A stretch of 64,000 bases of DNA, taken from Sphyrna mokarran (Eukaryota). Below, piece after piece: positions 36,501-47,815 of this stretch; position 1 is the first letter of the stretch, and every line of letters begins with the position of its first letter. The DNA is taken from assembly GCA_024679065.1 (NCBI GenBank), contig JAGIQG010000004.1, positions 54,250,001-54,314,000 of the forward strand, read 5' to 3'. The translations under genes and the position numbers were made by a program. The notes under the pieces are model-generated. The model saw only the letters and a program-made list of their open reading frames with translations, did no database searches and was not told the DNA's origin.

Positions 36501-39152
36501 AGAGATAAAAACAGGTCATGTTAAGTAAACTCAGCTAGTTTGGCTGAGTTTTCATTTCAGATTTCCAGCATCCGCAGTATTTTGCTTTTATTTGACTGTG
36601 CAGTTTGCCCCTCTGCAATTTTACTCAATCTGCTGAGCACATTTTTTCTGGAGAAGATCCTGCTTCGAACAGTCCAAAGTTACAATTTTCTGATGTGAAC
36701 CGCTCTATCTGTCCGCGCTATCAGTCTTCTACCTCAGCTTCCTTCTGTTCATGGGGACTGTACACAGAAGTAATGAATTACATATACCAGGTGTATAGAA
36801 ATGTTGGGTAGTATCCATTCCCCTCTTCACCAGTTGTGTGTGCATCATAGAAAATCCAGTTGGCGTACCGCAGAAGTTCAAACAAGGGCATCGGGCACTT
36901 TAACTGTCCTGAAAAGTCCAGGACCCGGGGTGGAAACCAGCACTGAGGGAAAGATCAAAATCCTCCTTCTCAGTTGATTGTAGGATTGCATTGTGGAAAA
37001 ACCTTGGAATTTCAGACAAGTTACTAATGAACACAACTACAATATATAAACTATTATCCTAGGAACAGGGGCTCATTCAGCCCGACTCATTGTGCTCTGC
37101 CAACCTTGGTGATAGTGATTGGCACTGCTGTCTCACGACGCTAGGGAGCGGAGTTCAATTCCGGCCTCGGGTCGGTGTGGAATTTGCATGTTCTCCCCTT
37201 GTCTGGGTAGGTTTCCCCCCAATGCTCCGGTTTCCTTCCCACTCCAAAGATGTGCTGATTAGATGGGTTGGCCATGCTAAATCGCCCCTTAATGTTAGGT
37301 GGTTTAGCAGGGTAAAGACGTAGGGTTAGGGGGAAGGAGCCTGGGTGTCGATGCAAGTTCGATGGACAAATACTGTAGGTATTCTATGGCTCTGCCTGAT
37401 CTCTAACCTAACTCCATTTGTCCGACTTAATTCGTTCTTAGCAAAAATTGAGCCGTCGCAAATTTAAGGCAATGACGTAAAGAAAGTGTTACATCGGCAA
37501 TTTCGAACAGCCGGCGGAAAAGGAAGCTGATTTCGGAAATATTTGTTGCTGTAGTAGGGGAATTTTCACCTGTATTTATCATGAAGGCACTAAGAGTGAG
37601 GGTTCAGGAAAGATTTGTTGGAGTTAATCAGAGTCAAAGGACTTAGGTTATGTGCAGAGACTGAAGAAGCTACGATCGTTCTCTTTAGGCCTGATAGTTT
37701 TAAGAGGCGGGCGGTGAATTTTGATAAAGTCAGTAAGCAAAAAGTGTTCTGTGACACCAGAGTCGGCAACCAGAAGATGTTTGGCAAAAGAACGCAAGGA
37801 TTCTTTGAGTGGAACGTAATTACAGTCTAGTACCTATTATTGTTATCATATTGTTCAGCTTCAATCGCGAGCAGTGAGTGCAGGGGATCCCGATTCATTT
37901 TCGCTTCCTGGTTAGATCAACTAACTCGGCAGTGAGAGCATTTCGGAAGGGCCCTCAACAAACTGAAATGCCGTGAATAACCGCTGTTACTTTCCTCGAA
38001 ATCTTCTTCTTGCAATTACCTTTGCGGGGCAAGGAGGTGGGGGTGGCGCGGGGGAGGGGAGTGATGTTTACTCCGTGTAGTTCTCACCCCGCACGCCGCC
38101 AATATTCCTTCCTCTTTGGTGTAAATTAAATCTTTGAAGTTTCAAAGAAGGTTTGAGCTGGGAGGTGTTAAGATTGCTTACATTGTTCAATTGTGACGCC
38201 ATTGTGGCGAGAAAGAATCAGACCCTGACATTTCATTACAACATCAATGCAAAATACTGCAGAAGCTGGGCATTTGAAATACAAACGGAAAATATCGAGA
38301 ATGTTCAGAGGTCGGGTAATACCTGTGTAGAGAAACTGAGTTAACGTTTCGGATCATTTCATCATCGACATGAAATGTTAACTTTGTTTTCCTCCACAGA
38401 GAGAACTGACCTGTTGAGGTTATTTCGTGTATTTCCATTGCTTAATTTCAAAATAAAAATATCCACTATACATCGAAGTCAGTGGAAGACAATCCAATGT
38501 TCTCTAAAAATAATTCGTTAAAAGCAGCTTTTCCTCCAATGATAAAAAATCAAATGGCAGATATGGCGCCGAGCTGAAATCCTCCCGTTTACAATTACAC
38601 CTACCGTATACAGTAAGCTGGGTGCCAGTTCCAGTTTCAATAGATTTTTCTGGATATTTTACTTTACAATAATACACTCCGGAATCTGCAAAAGTCACAT
38701 TCAGGAATTCAAACGAACTACTTCCCTTGTTCGTATTAAATCGCTTTCTATTGTCTGGTTCGAGAAAGGATTGTTCTCCACGTCTCCACCAACGAACATC
38801 GGGCATATCTGGAAATAAGGGAAATGTGCAGAGTATGGAAGCATTCGCGCCTCTGTTCACCTTCAAGTATTTAGGGATCTGAACCACTTTGGCCCAAGTT
38901 ACTCTGGCGGCTGTCAGGAAAGAAACAAAGGCGGTGATGTAACAGATAAATAAAAATAACTGAGAGAAGTAAATTATAAAAACAAGCAATCGAATTAGAG
39001 AAGCACAATATCCAATTTTACAGTGCGTAACAGCTGTAGAGTATTTTAAATTAGGACCTGCCGTTGTGAAATCGGCAGGATCTAATAATGAATATACCTG
39101 GCCAAAACACGCCCAGAAGAACCATGTAGTGCACTGTGACTTGTATCCACAT
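33507..39152 (-). CDS. Gene B: intact type I membrane IgSF receptor, leader-V(J-joined)-C1-TM-short tail (SIRP/NKp30/VJC1-like), ~255 aa
   Basis: Four phase-1 GT-AG exons splice in frame: leader 39152-39098, V 38910-38605, C1 35436-35140, TM 33746-33648. A putative terminal exon 33517-33507 adds ERS*. No stops or frameshifts. The last exon is uncertain. Confidence 0.88.
33648..33746 (-). CDS. Gene B transmembrane exon
   Basis: Acceptor ctatttcag, donor gtaaga, 99 nt. Encodes GNHFPLILGCAGGALAVVLLIIFLTRLKFKASA, a hydrophobic helix followed by basic stop-transfer residues. Absent from the ORF track. Confidence 0.88.
34470..34920 (-). mobile_element. CR1 3' fragment in the gene B C1-TM intron
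   Basis: IEVCTIMRG...RGHGFNI...VWNSL. Confidence 0.75.
35140..35436 (-). CDS. Gene B C1-set Ig exon
   Basis: Acceptor ctgttaatag, donor gtaaga, 297 nt. Translation includes VPPTPLKI, FKCKTAAFYPEGLNISW, DGLFEVTSSL and YTCLASHISL, giving the C1 motifs CxxxxFYP and YxCxxxHxSL. Confidence 0.93.
35696..35827. mobile_element. Collapsed Penelope-like inverted repeat in the gene B V-C1 intron
   Basis: gtaagaagtctcacaaaaccaggtta and taacctggtgttgtgtgacttcttac form inverted arms. Confidence 0.7.
37108..37390 (+). mobile_element. HE1-type V-SINE (gene B intron)
   Basis: Same head and V domain as 11316-11620. Confidence 0.85.
38605..38910 (-). CDS. Gene B V-set Ig exon with germline J-like G strand
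   Basis: Acceptor cctgacag, donor gtaggt, 306 nt. Translation includes KVVQIP, ASILC, VRWW, DSGVYYC and TGTGTQLTVY. Confidence 0.93.
39098..39152 (-). CDS. Gene B leader (signal peptide) exon
   Basis: Encodes MWIQVTVHYMVLLGVFWP plus one G, followed by donor gtata. 55 nt, phase 1, separated from the V exon by a 187-nt intron. Confidence 0.85.
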
Positions 39153-39214
39153 GTTGCATTTCGTTGGCTACTTACTGCAAATGACAATGTTATCGACGAT
39201 GGTTTGCATAAGTA

Positions 39215-39390
39215 ATAGATTCCATCGTTAAATATAAGAAACGCGTGACCATGACATGAGAGATCACATGATTGAAACAGCGTATTGCGTTCGTTTAAAT
39301 TGGGGCGGGATCTGTGGAGAGGGAGGGAGGAGGGGAGGGGAGAGGGAGGGAGGAGGGGAGAGGGGAGGGAGGAGGGGAGAGGAGATCCGC
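39215..39390 (-). promoter_or_regulatory. Putative promoter of gene B
   Basis: TATA-like TATATTTA on the minus strand (~39229-39236), TGACATGA and CACATG motifs (~39250-39270), GC box GGGGCGGGA (39302-39310) and a purine tract (39316-39385). Confidence 0.4.
39316..39385 (+). repeat. Pure purine (GGA/GGGA) low-complexity tract
   Basis: About 70 nt of only G and A with repeated GGG/GGGG runs. Confidence 0.9.
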
Positions 39391-39729
39391 AGTAGAAGCT
39401 GACCTCTTAACTGCCGCTGGAAGACTATCACTTAAAGATCAATTTTTTTGCAGCCACTTTCGGAACACTTCGTCCCCGACTTTCTTTGTCAATACCAGAC
39501 TTTGATTCTTCACTTAATCCTGAAAATAAAGATGCCCGCTGCGGACGGCCCTTCAGCACTTCATCTGAGATATTCTTCTTCCTGTAGGAGCATAAAGTCT
39601 GAAAATGTTTAGACCTGAGTACTTTGAACTGGGTGCGATCGGACCTCAAGCAACTTCCAGCCATCTGACTTGTAGCAGAATCACTGGAATAACCATTCAG
39701 ATTAACAATCTCCTTATATTAGTTGCACT

Positions 39730-39818
39730 CCACTCACTTGATGAAGGAGCAGCGCTCTGAAAGCTCATGATACCAAATAAACCTGCTGGATTGAACCTGG
39801 TGTTGTGAGACTTATTAC
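39730..39818 (+). mobile_element. Solo Penelope-like terminal repeat with a degenerate hammerhead (C3>U)
   Basis: CAC UUGAUGA A GGAGC-AGC-GCUCU GAAA GCUC, followed by the same ccaaataaacc...aacctggtgttgtgagactt tail seen at 46897-46943. Confidence 0.7.
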
Positions 39819-40499
39819 GTTAATTCCAAAGTTGTTGAGGCCAAGTTTAACTCACGAAGCCGGACATAAAATTTTAGCCCTATTTCTACATGTTTTCATT
39901 TTACAAACCAGCAGACCTGATGCGCAACTACTGACTGTCGTGGGAATTGCAATAGCAAAATACCCCCACGGATACCAGAAACCTGGAAAAAGAAAGCCAG
40001 AAAGCGCTGTAAACATCTCAGCAGACTTGGCAGTATCTGCAGAGGGAGCAAACCAGTTAAAATTTCGAGTCGAATATAGCTTTATTCGGAAGGAAGGAAT
40101 TTTTGCCGTGTGTTGGATGATTCCCGCAGATGGAATTGCCAGGAGAAAAAAATTAAATCGACCTTTGTCAAGTTGGTTGCAAAGGCGAAGGATGCCTCAC
40201 TAAAAATAAGGCCAATTATTCGCGATATTCAGTTTGTGATGGGTTGCAGTTTTCAAATCCGCTCTTTTGTCGATTTCATTGATCTGAATCAGGGGAGAAA
40301 ATCAGCCTGGAATCCTGTTCCTCGCTGCCGCCCGTTGCAGCTGCAGGCTCGGTAAGAACAGGATGAGACTGTAATTAACTTCCACCTGTATACCCGAAAC
40401 CTCTGGTTCTTTTGTCAATCACCTTAAATCTGTCTTGTATTTCGCGATGTTTGTGTTACTGGGAACCCTTCTTATGTTGTCAAAATTGTTAGTAACTTG

Positions 40500-40895
40500 A
40501 ACAAGATAATGACGGGGCTAGATAGGGTAGAGGTAGAGAAATTCTTCTGGCTTAGAAAGGATAGCAGAACTAGATGGCACAGCTTCAAAATAAGGGGGGG
40601 GGGAGATGCAGTTTAAATCGAAGTTGAGGAGGAACTTCTTCACTCAAAGGGTCGTGAATCTCTGGAATTCTTTGCCCAATGAAGTGGTGGCGGCTACCTC
40701 GCTGAATATACTTAAGTCACAAGTAGATAGATTTCTGATAGACAAGGGAATTAAGAGTAATGGGGAGAAAGAGGGAAAGTGGAACTGATCTTCTTCAGAT
40801 CACCCAAGTCAGATCAGCAATGATCTTATTAAATGGCGGGGCAGGCTTGAAGGGCTAGATGATCTACTCCTTCTCCTATTTCTTATGTTCTTTAA
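40500..40895 (+). mobile_element. CR1 3' fragment
   Basis: RRNFFTQRVVNLWNSLP followed by a 3' UTR. Confidence 0.85.
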
Positions 40896-43800
40896 GTTCA
40901 CTATGCAGCCTCGTTTTAACCTTCTGGACTCTAAGGAGAGCGACTATATCTTCTTCGGTCTCTCTACTTAATCCCTGTCCCCAACATTGGCAATTCTTCA
41001 ACAAATCTGCATCCTCTCTAAATACCCGACATCTTTCAGACTTGAACAGAATTGCCCAACTCAGGCTGAACTGATGTCTTATGAAGGTTTAGAGTAGCTT
41101 TTTTTACTGCATTCTTCTCTCTTTTAAAGAAGCCAAATATTCTCTATGTTCTCAAAAGCTGCCACATTTTTCTGAAATCTTCAAATATCGCATATTCATC
41201 CCGAGATCTTTATTTTCATTGAAATCTCCTTTCTCTCTGCAATCAGTAAAATGTGATTATCTCAGTTTCTTCTCACAGTTCTACTTTTACGAAGGGTAGC
41301 AAAGATGGCATAACTTTAATAACTATCAATGTAAGTGAGCTGATATCTGAGCTAATTAGATGCGGGTTAGCCCTACAATTACTTCTGTTATTTGATAACA
41401 GTGAATGCAAATTCAATCTTGCCGTGAGACATATGATAGCGAAGTGGAATAGATAGTATTTATATTTACTCCGGACTGTTCTAAAGGAGGGAACTTGCGG
41501 TAGCAACTTGATTAGTGAAGAATAATTGTCCTCAACTGTCCTCCCTTACTGAATCCAATATTTGCCCAACGCTTCACTCCTATAGAGGAACCTGTTATCC
41601 CGCGGGGATTTACAAGGAACAACTAAAATAAAAAAAAATCATGATGGCCAACACTGGAACAGCTCCAGAACGCCAAGTTCAAGAATGTCATAATTGTTTG
41701 TGATCTTTCTCGTGACCGCTCCTGAACTTTTCAAAGGGAAGAAAGCGGCGGCACGGTGACAGAGTGCCTCTATACCTAACCCACCGCGGCCTCACAGCGC
41801 CAGCCTTGGGTGACTGTGTGAAGTTTGCACATTCTCCTGGTGCCTGCGCGGGTTTCCTCCAGGTGCTCCAGTTTCCTCTCACAGTTCAAAGTTTACGTGG
41901 ACTGGCCCTTTGTGCCCCAAGTATGTAACTTAGGGTTATTGTGTGGGGTTACAGAGATGGGAAGGAAGGATGTTTGGTAAACTGCTCTGACGGAAATTCG
42001 GTGTCGACCTGATGGGCAAAATGGCCTTCTACCGGACTGCAGGGATTCTAAAAATGCTGCATGACATTTTCCATTAGAAGCGCTTGCAGTGGTGAGTAAA
42101 CCACTATGTCACAGACCAATAATTTCTCATTAAACAGAAGATCTAGAATCTTGAAAACAAAATTGATGAATATTGGAAACATGAAATTAAATATTAAATA
42201 TTCGAAATAGAATAAAGAGATCCCGGCTTCTGTGGAAAAAGTCTGGAGTCACGGAGAGACTGATATACTCCTGAAAATTGAATCAAATGTAATGTGAGAT
42301 GACGTTGTCCATGTAATCTGAAATGTCATTGGAACAAGACTCTCGCTCTTCAACTCTGTGAGAAGGGCAGTGAGTAGGAGAATCGAAGGAGGGAAGTGGT
42401 AAATGATAGGGGGTGAGAGGAAAGCAGCTAATGGGAAGGTCAGGCCAGAGAAACGGCGAGCGGGAAGTTTGGGAGGGGAAAGTGGCGGATAGGAGTTTCA
42501 GCAAGTGGGAAGTTTAAGAGAGCTGGTGAGCAGATGGGTCGGGAAAGGCGACAAATGATGAAAGTGGTGGTGAGCAGAAGCTTTGAGAAAGCAGCAAGCA
42601 TGAGAAAAGTAATGGTGTCAATAAGTTATGTGGAGTTAACAAGTTAGTTTGAGTATTTTTTTGCCAGCTAGGTTTAAGGCAGCGCATAGAATCTTTCAAT
42701 CAGCTTTATATAACAATACTGAGTCTATTAGAGAGAGATGGCATTTGGATTAAATTGATGATGGTAAACAAACGTGTCAATCTTAGCTCATTGGTAGTAT
42801 TCCAATTCCTGACTTGCGTCACTGTCTGTGGAGTTTTCACGTTCTCCCTGTGTCTCCGTGTATTTCCTGCGGGTGCTCCCGTTTCCTGTCACAGTCCAGA
42901 GATATTCAGCTTAGGTGCATTGACCATGCTAAGTTCTTCCTCAGTGTACCCAAATAGGCACCGAGTGTGCTGACAAGGGGATTTTCACAGTAGTTTGATT
43001 GCAGTGTTAATGTAAGACTATTGTGACACTAATAAATAAACTTTAACACTTTCTCCATGTGCCAAAGATGATGGGCTCTATTCCCACTCCAATAAGGTGA
43101 AAACAAATTCTAGCAGCACTGATGAAGAATTGCGTGACAGATCATGCTGTATTTTGCAAAAGACGTTAGGACAAACCTCCCTCATTCTCCAGCGGTGAAT
43201 GTGAATAATCCTAACAGACAATTGGAATAAGAGCAGATGTGTTCTCCTTTCATGCTATATTTATCACTCGTCGCTTAAAAATAAATGGCCGGAATTTTTT
43301 GGCCCCTAGTCCTGCAAGTGAAGGCGGAAAATGTGGCGTTCAGTCAAATGCCATTAATTGCAGCAAAACCAGAGAATGCCGCTGGCATGAACGCCGGAAA
43401 ATATCTCATATTTATCTCATATTGTTTGGAGGACTCTGCACAAATTGTTGTCTATTTACAAAAACAGTGACTGCATTTTGAAATGTTAAAACGTTCTGGG
43501 GCGTTTGTGTAGCTTGCATACAAGGTTTGTATAGACTTTCTTTCTTTTCTTCAATGCCAGTCGCACCTGCGGATTCCCTGATCCGCTTCAGCGAACAAAG
43601 ATTTGGCTCAGTGCCGAATTTTCTTTCCTTTCAGGTCGAGAACAACCGGAAAATTATGATCACACAGCTTCTATATGTGATGCATGTTTTTCCAATGGCC
43701 TTGATGTGCCAAACAAACTCCACCAACTTGACTGGAGTTGTTGTAAGTAAACGGTTGGGCATTTTGCTGCACTGAGAAGGATTAGATCAGATATATCTGT

Positions 43801-44224
43801 ACTACTGAAAAGGGATATGTTATCGAAGCTTTTTCTCTTGTACTGATCAGATATAATGCAAGAATATCCTATTTCAAACTAATAAAAAAAATGCAGCAGG
43901 AGATTGCTTTATAAGTCAACTCATATTGACTAAAATATTGCCCCGAAGAAAACAACTGGGAACTGTAGATGCTGCATGCTTCCAAACAATTCAGAAAGAT
44001 GCAGAATATGTTTGTTTTGTTTGCAGAGAACCGGCTCCTAAATTTGAATGGAGGTTATAAGTAGCATGTGTAAAACAGCCATTTTACTAACTTGACTAAT
44101 TATTTTAATTGGTTGTTAATATATAAAGCACAGCCATAATTGTTCAGCAAGTACTGCCAAGTCACAAAATCACATCTAACAGTAGATGTTTGGTTTAGAT
44201 TTTGCAAACATGGCCTGTTGACTA

Positions 44225-45140
44225 TAGAGACCATAGGATATGGGAACAGAATTAGGCCATTCAGTCTATCAAGTCTGCTCTATCATTTGATCATGCCGGA
44301 TATGTTTAACAACCCCATTCTCCCACCTTTCCCCGCAACTTTTGATCCCATTAACAATCAAGAATTTATCTTCTCTGTCTTAAATAAACTCAATGAACTG
44401 GCCTCCACACTTTCTGTGACAATTAATTCCACAGATTCACCATCCTCTGACTGAAGAAATTCCTCCTCAACTATGTTCTAAATGATTCTCCCTTTATTCT
44501 GAGGCTGTGCCTTTGGATCCTAATCTTTCTTACTAATGGAAATATCTTCTCTATATCCATCGTATCCAGGCCTTTCAGTATTCTATACGTTTCAATGAGA
44601 TTCCCCTTCAACCTTCTAAACTTTATTGAGCACAGAACAGAGTGCTCAAATGCTCCTCATACATCAAGCCTTTCATTCCTGGGATCATCCTCATGAACCT
44701 CCTCTGGACCATCTCCAAGGTTAACATATCCATCCTTAGATACCGGACCCAAAATTGCTCACAGTATTTCCAATGTGGCCTGACCAGAGTCTTATAAAGC
44801 CCCAGCAGTGCATCCCTGCTTTTGTATTCCAGTCCTCTTGAAATGAATGCTAACATTACATTTGCCTTCCTAATTATTAACTAACCTGCAAGTTAATCTT
44901 ATGAGAATCCCGAACTAGGATTCCCAAGACCCCTTGCGCTTCTGATTTCTGAATACTTTCCCCATTTAGGAAATAGTCTATGCCGCTATTCTTTCTACCA
45001 AGGTGCATAACCTCACACTTTTCTACATTGCATTCCGTTTGCCATTTCTTTGTCTACCCTCCTAGCCTAAGCAAGTCTCTCTGTCTTTTCAATACTACGT
45101 GTATCTCCACCTAAACTTGCATCATCTGCAAATGTTGCCA
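44225..45140 (-). mobile_element. CR1 3' fragment
   Basis: MLAFISRGLEYKSR...LYKTLVRPH. Confidence 0.85.
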
Positions 45141-45950
45141 CAATGTTATTATTCATTATAGCTGAAAATGAAGCAAGCTGTACGCAAAGCTAGTTCTGGA
45201 ATGTTCTCAGAACAACAGCGATATTTCTCTAAAATTAACTATATTTAACATTCAAGCTGATTTCAAGATTTTTGGTTCGTTTTTCAGTTTTCAGAATCAG
45301 GACGCTGGGGATTGCAAAACATATTTACAAATATTTTGTTGAGAGATGCGAAGTTTCAAATTAACGTCATAAATTATTCTTCATCTCAACTTTGAATGAG
45401 TAACACAGGCATTGTGCATTGTACGACATTTCAGATCGTAAGATGGGAGCAGCGTCTAACCACAAATGTTTCCGTTATACCATGAGCAGAATCGCTGTGC
45501 AGTTCTTGCAATTTCCCATTAGCTCTAGTTATCAGTGCACGTTGTGGTATATAATTAGTTGACTGAAAATATCAGCTATAAGAAATGGCATTTTATATAG
45601 ATAAGTTGCAAAGGTTCTCACTCGAGCAACAGCAACCGCGCATTACAATCTGAAATCTAAAATTAACGTCTTTGTAGTCATCAACAGAATTGAACATATT
45701 ATAAATAGGAAGAACTTACAAAGGATAAGAAATGGGAATAAGAGTTAAAGTCACACATCAAGACCACCCACACAGTCACACACGTAGAACAAGTGGTATT
45801 TATAATGTACCTTCAACGTAGTAAATTATCACAAGAACATTATCAAACACGTTTTAATACTGAGCAATGTTGGTGACTAGCAGGATTTAAAGGAAGTAAG
45901 AAGTCTTACAATACCAGGTTAAATTCGAATAAGTTTATTTATAGTAAATC

Positions 45951-45986
45951 CACAAACTTTCAGAAACGCAGTTCCTTCGTCAGGTG
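45951..45986 (-). ncRNA. Minimal type I hammerhead ribozyme motif (intact catalytic core)
   Basis: Minus strand reads CAC CUGACGA AGGAAC-UGC-GUUUCU GAAA GUUU GUG: CUGANGA core, 6-bp stem II, GAAA, and a CAC/GUG stem I. Confidence 0.65.
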
Positions 45987-46851
45987 TGTGGAAAGTTCTG
46001 ATCAGCGAAGGACATATAAAGGCACAGACAGTTTACAGAATACTGATTAGAATTGAATTTTTACAGCTAATCTGCTATTCAAGTCTTAAAGATGCAGGCA
46101 ATGTGAGTGGAGATAGCATTAGACATAGATTAAAGAGATCGGTATTGTCTCCAGACTGGACAGTAAGTGACAGGTCGTTCGAAATGAATCCAAGATCCTC
46201 ATGTGTGCGGAACTCGGCCATGCATTTCTGCTCAGTGACTCTTCACTGTTGTGTGTCATGAAGGCCTCGTTGAAAGATGCTTACCTAAAGATCGGAGGCC
46301 AAATGCCTATGACCGCCGAAGTGTCGCCAACTGGAAGGGAACCATCTTACCTGGTGATTGTCGAGGATGTTCGTTCATCCGATGTAGGTCGTCAGACAAT
46401 GTTGTCAACGATGAATGAACATCGCTTGACAATGACCAGGCAAGACTGTTTACTTCTTGTTGGTGAACACTTCAGCAGTCATGGGCATTCGGTCTCTGAT
46501 CTTCGGGTAAGCGGTCTCCAAGGTGGCCTTCATGACACACAATAATGCAGAGTCACTGAGCAGAGACTGATGGCCGAGTTCCATACATATAAGGACGGCC
46601 TCAACTCGGATCCTGAGTTCATGTCGCATTATCTATAACCCCCATGACTTACCTGGGCTTGTGAATCTCACTTACTGTCCTGTCTGGAGACAATACATAT
46701 CTTTTTAACCTATGCCTAATGTTATCTCCACTCACATCGTCAGCATCTTTAATCTTGAATAGTAGATTAGCTGTAAAGACTTGCATTCTAGTAAATATTC
46801 TGTAATCTGTGTGTGCCTTCATGTATCCTTCTCTGATCAGAACTCTCCATA

Positions 46852-46887
46852 CAGTTGATGAAGGAACAGCATTTCTGAAAGCTTGTG
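46852..46887 (+). ncRNA. Degenerate hammerhead ribozyme motif (C3>U) in the right arm of the Penelope-like element
   Basis: UUGAUGA AGGAAC-AGC-AUUUCU GAAA GCUU GUG. Confidence 0.5.
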
Positions 46888-47060
46888 TATTTACTATCAA
46901 ATAAACTGGTTGGATTTTAACCTGGTGATGTGAGACTTCTTACTGTGTTTACCCCAGTCCAATGCCCACATCTCCACATCAAGACTTTAAAGGAAGACAG
47001 AGAGAAGCTTTGGGTATGGGATTCCAGACCTTAGCCCCTTTGCAGCTGGCATGACTGCCA

Positions 47061-47815
47061 ATTTTGATTTTGATTCGATTTATTATTGCAACATGTATTA
47101 ACATACAGTGAGAAGTATTGCTTCTTGCGCACTGCGCAGACAAAGCATACCATTCATAGAAAAGGAAAGGAAAGAGTGCAGAATGTATTGTTACATTCAT
47201 AGCTAGGGTGTAGAGAAAGATTAACTTAATGCAAGGTAAGTCCATTCAAAAGTCTGAAAGCAACAGGGAAGAAACTGTTCTTGAGTTACATTGGTACATG
47301 ACCTCAGACTTTTTTATTTTCTTCCCAAGGAAGAAAGTGGAAAAGAAAATGTCCAGTGTGTGTGGGTCCTCAATTATGCTGGTTGCTTTATCAAGGCAGT
47401 GGAAAGTGTAGACAGAGTCAATGGATGGGAGGCTAGTTTGCATAATAGATTGGGCTGCATTCATGACTTTTTGTAGTTCCTTGAATCTTGGGCAGAGCAG
47501 GAGCCAACCATGATGTGATACAACCATAGAAAGAATGCTTTCTATGGTGCATCTGTAAAAGTTGGTGAGAGTTGTAGCTGACATACCAAATTTCCTTAGT
47601 CTTCCGAGGAAGTCGAGGCGTTGATGGGCTTCCTTAACTATAGTGTCAGCATGGGAGGGGGAGCAGGGGGACCAGGACAGGTTGTTGGTGATCTGGACAC
47701 ATAAAAATGTGAAGCTCTTGACACTTTCTACTTCATCCTTGATGATATAGACAGCAGCATATTCTCCTTTACGTTTCTGAAGTTGATAACAATCTCCTTT
47801 GTTTTGTTCATATTG
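47061..47815 (-). mobile_element. Rex1/Babar-type LINE 3' fragment
   Basis: TNFYRCTIESILS...LQKVMNAAQSI...LPSIDSVY...KATSIIEDP, with an (AATCAA)-type tail at ~47061-47080. Confidence 0.8.

Larger units (their letters stand above)
39428..45775 (-). pseudogene. Possible highly decayed additional family member (gene C)
   Basis: Splice-site-bounded remnants in the expected order and size: leader ending 45720 (LLFPFLIL, gtaagt), V ~45575-45257 (DIFSQLIIY, NCT, MFC, EKRTKNLEI), C1 from 43771 (PTVYL, EFVW, IEAV*, VYT), TM-like 40283-40163, terminal exon from 39581. Many stops and frameshifts. Confidence 0.33.
45896..46981. mobile_element. Penelope-like retroelement remnant arranged as a ~1.1 kb inverted repeat
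   Basis: C-terminal GIY-YIG endonuclease sequence on + (MNEHR, VGEHF, GHSVSDLRV, EQRLM, GLN; ~46400-46637) with a mirror copy on - (~46170-46385). Flanking arms 45896-46170 and ~46660-46945 are reverse complements. Confidence 0.85.

Noticed and set aside
39132-39138. Perfect RSS heptamer CACAGTG (minus strand) near the V gene
   Set aside because: It lies inside the leader exon and has no nonamer at 12- or 23-bp spacing. V and J-like parts are already joined in one exon.
33507-39152. Calling gene B a TCR, IgL chain, NCR3 or SIRPA by symbol
   Set aside because: No RSS or separate J, no charged TCR/NKp30-type TM, it has a TM unlike IgL, and it has only one C1 and no proven ITIM tail. Orthology cannot be set without a search.
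38504-39187. 227-aa ORF as a single-exon gene
   Set aside because: It is the V exon plus read-through intron. The true leader is in another frame and the splice sites are clear.
42283-42358. Exon-like segment VEERESCSNDISDYMDNVISHYI after a pyrimidine tract
   Set aside because: The acceptor comes from a low-complexity tract, and there is no donor or recognisable homology.
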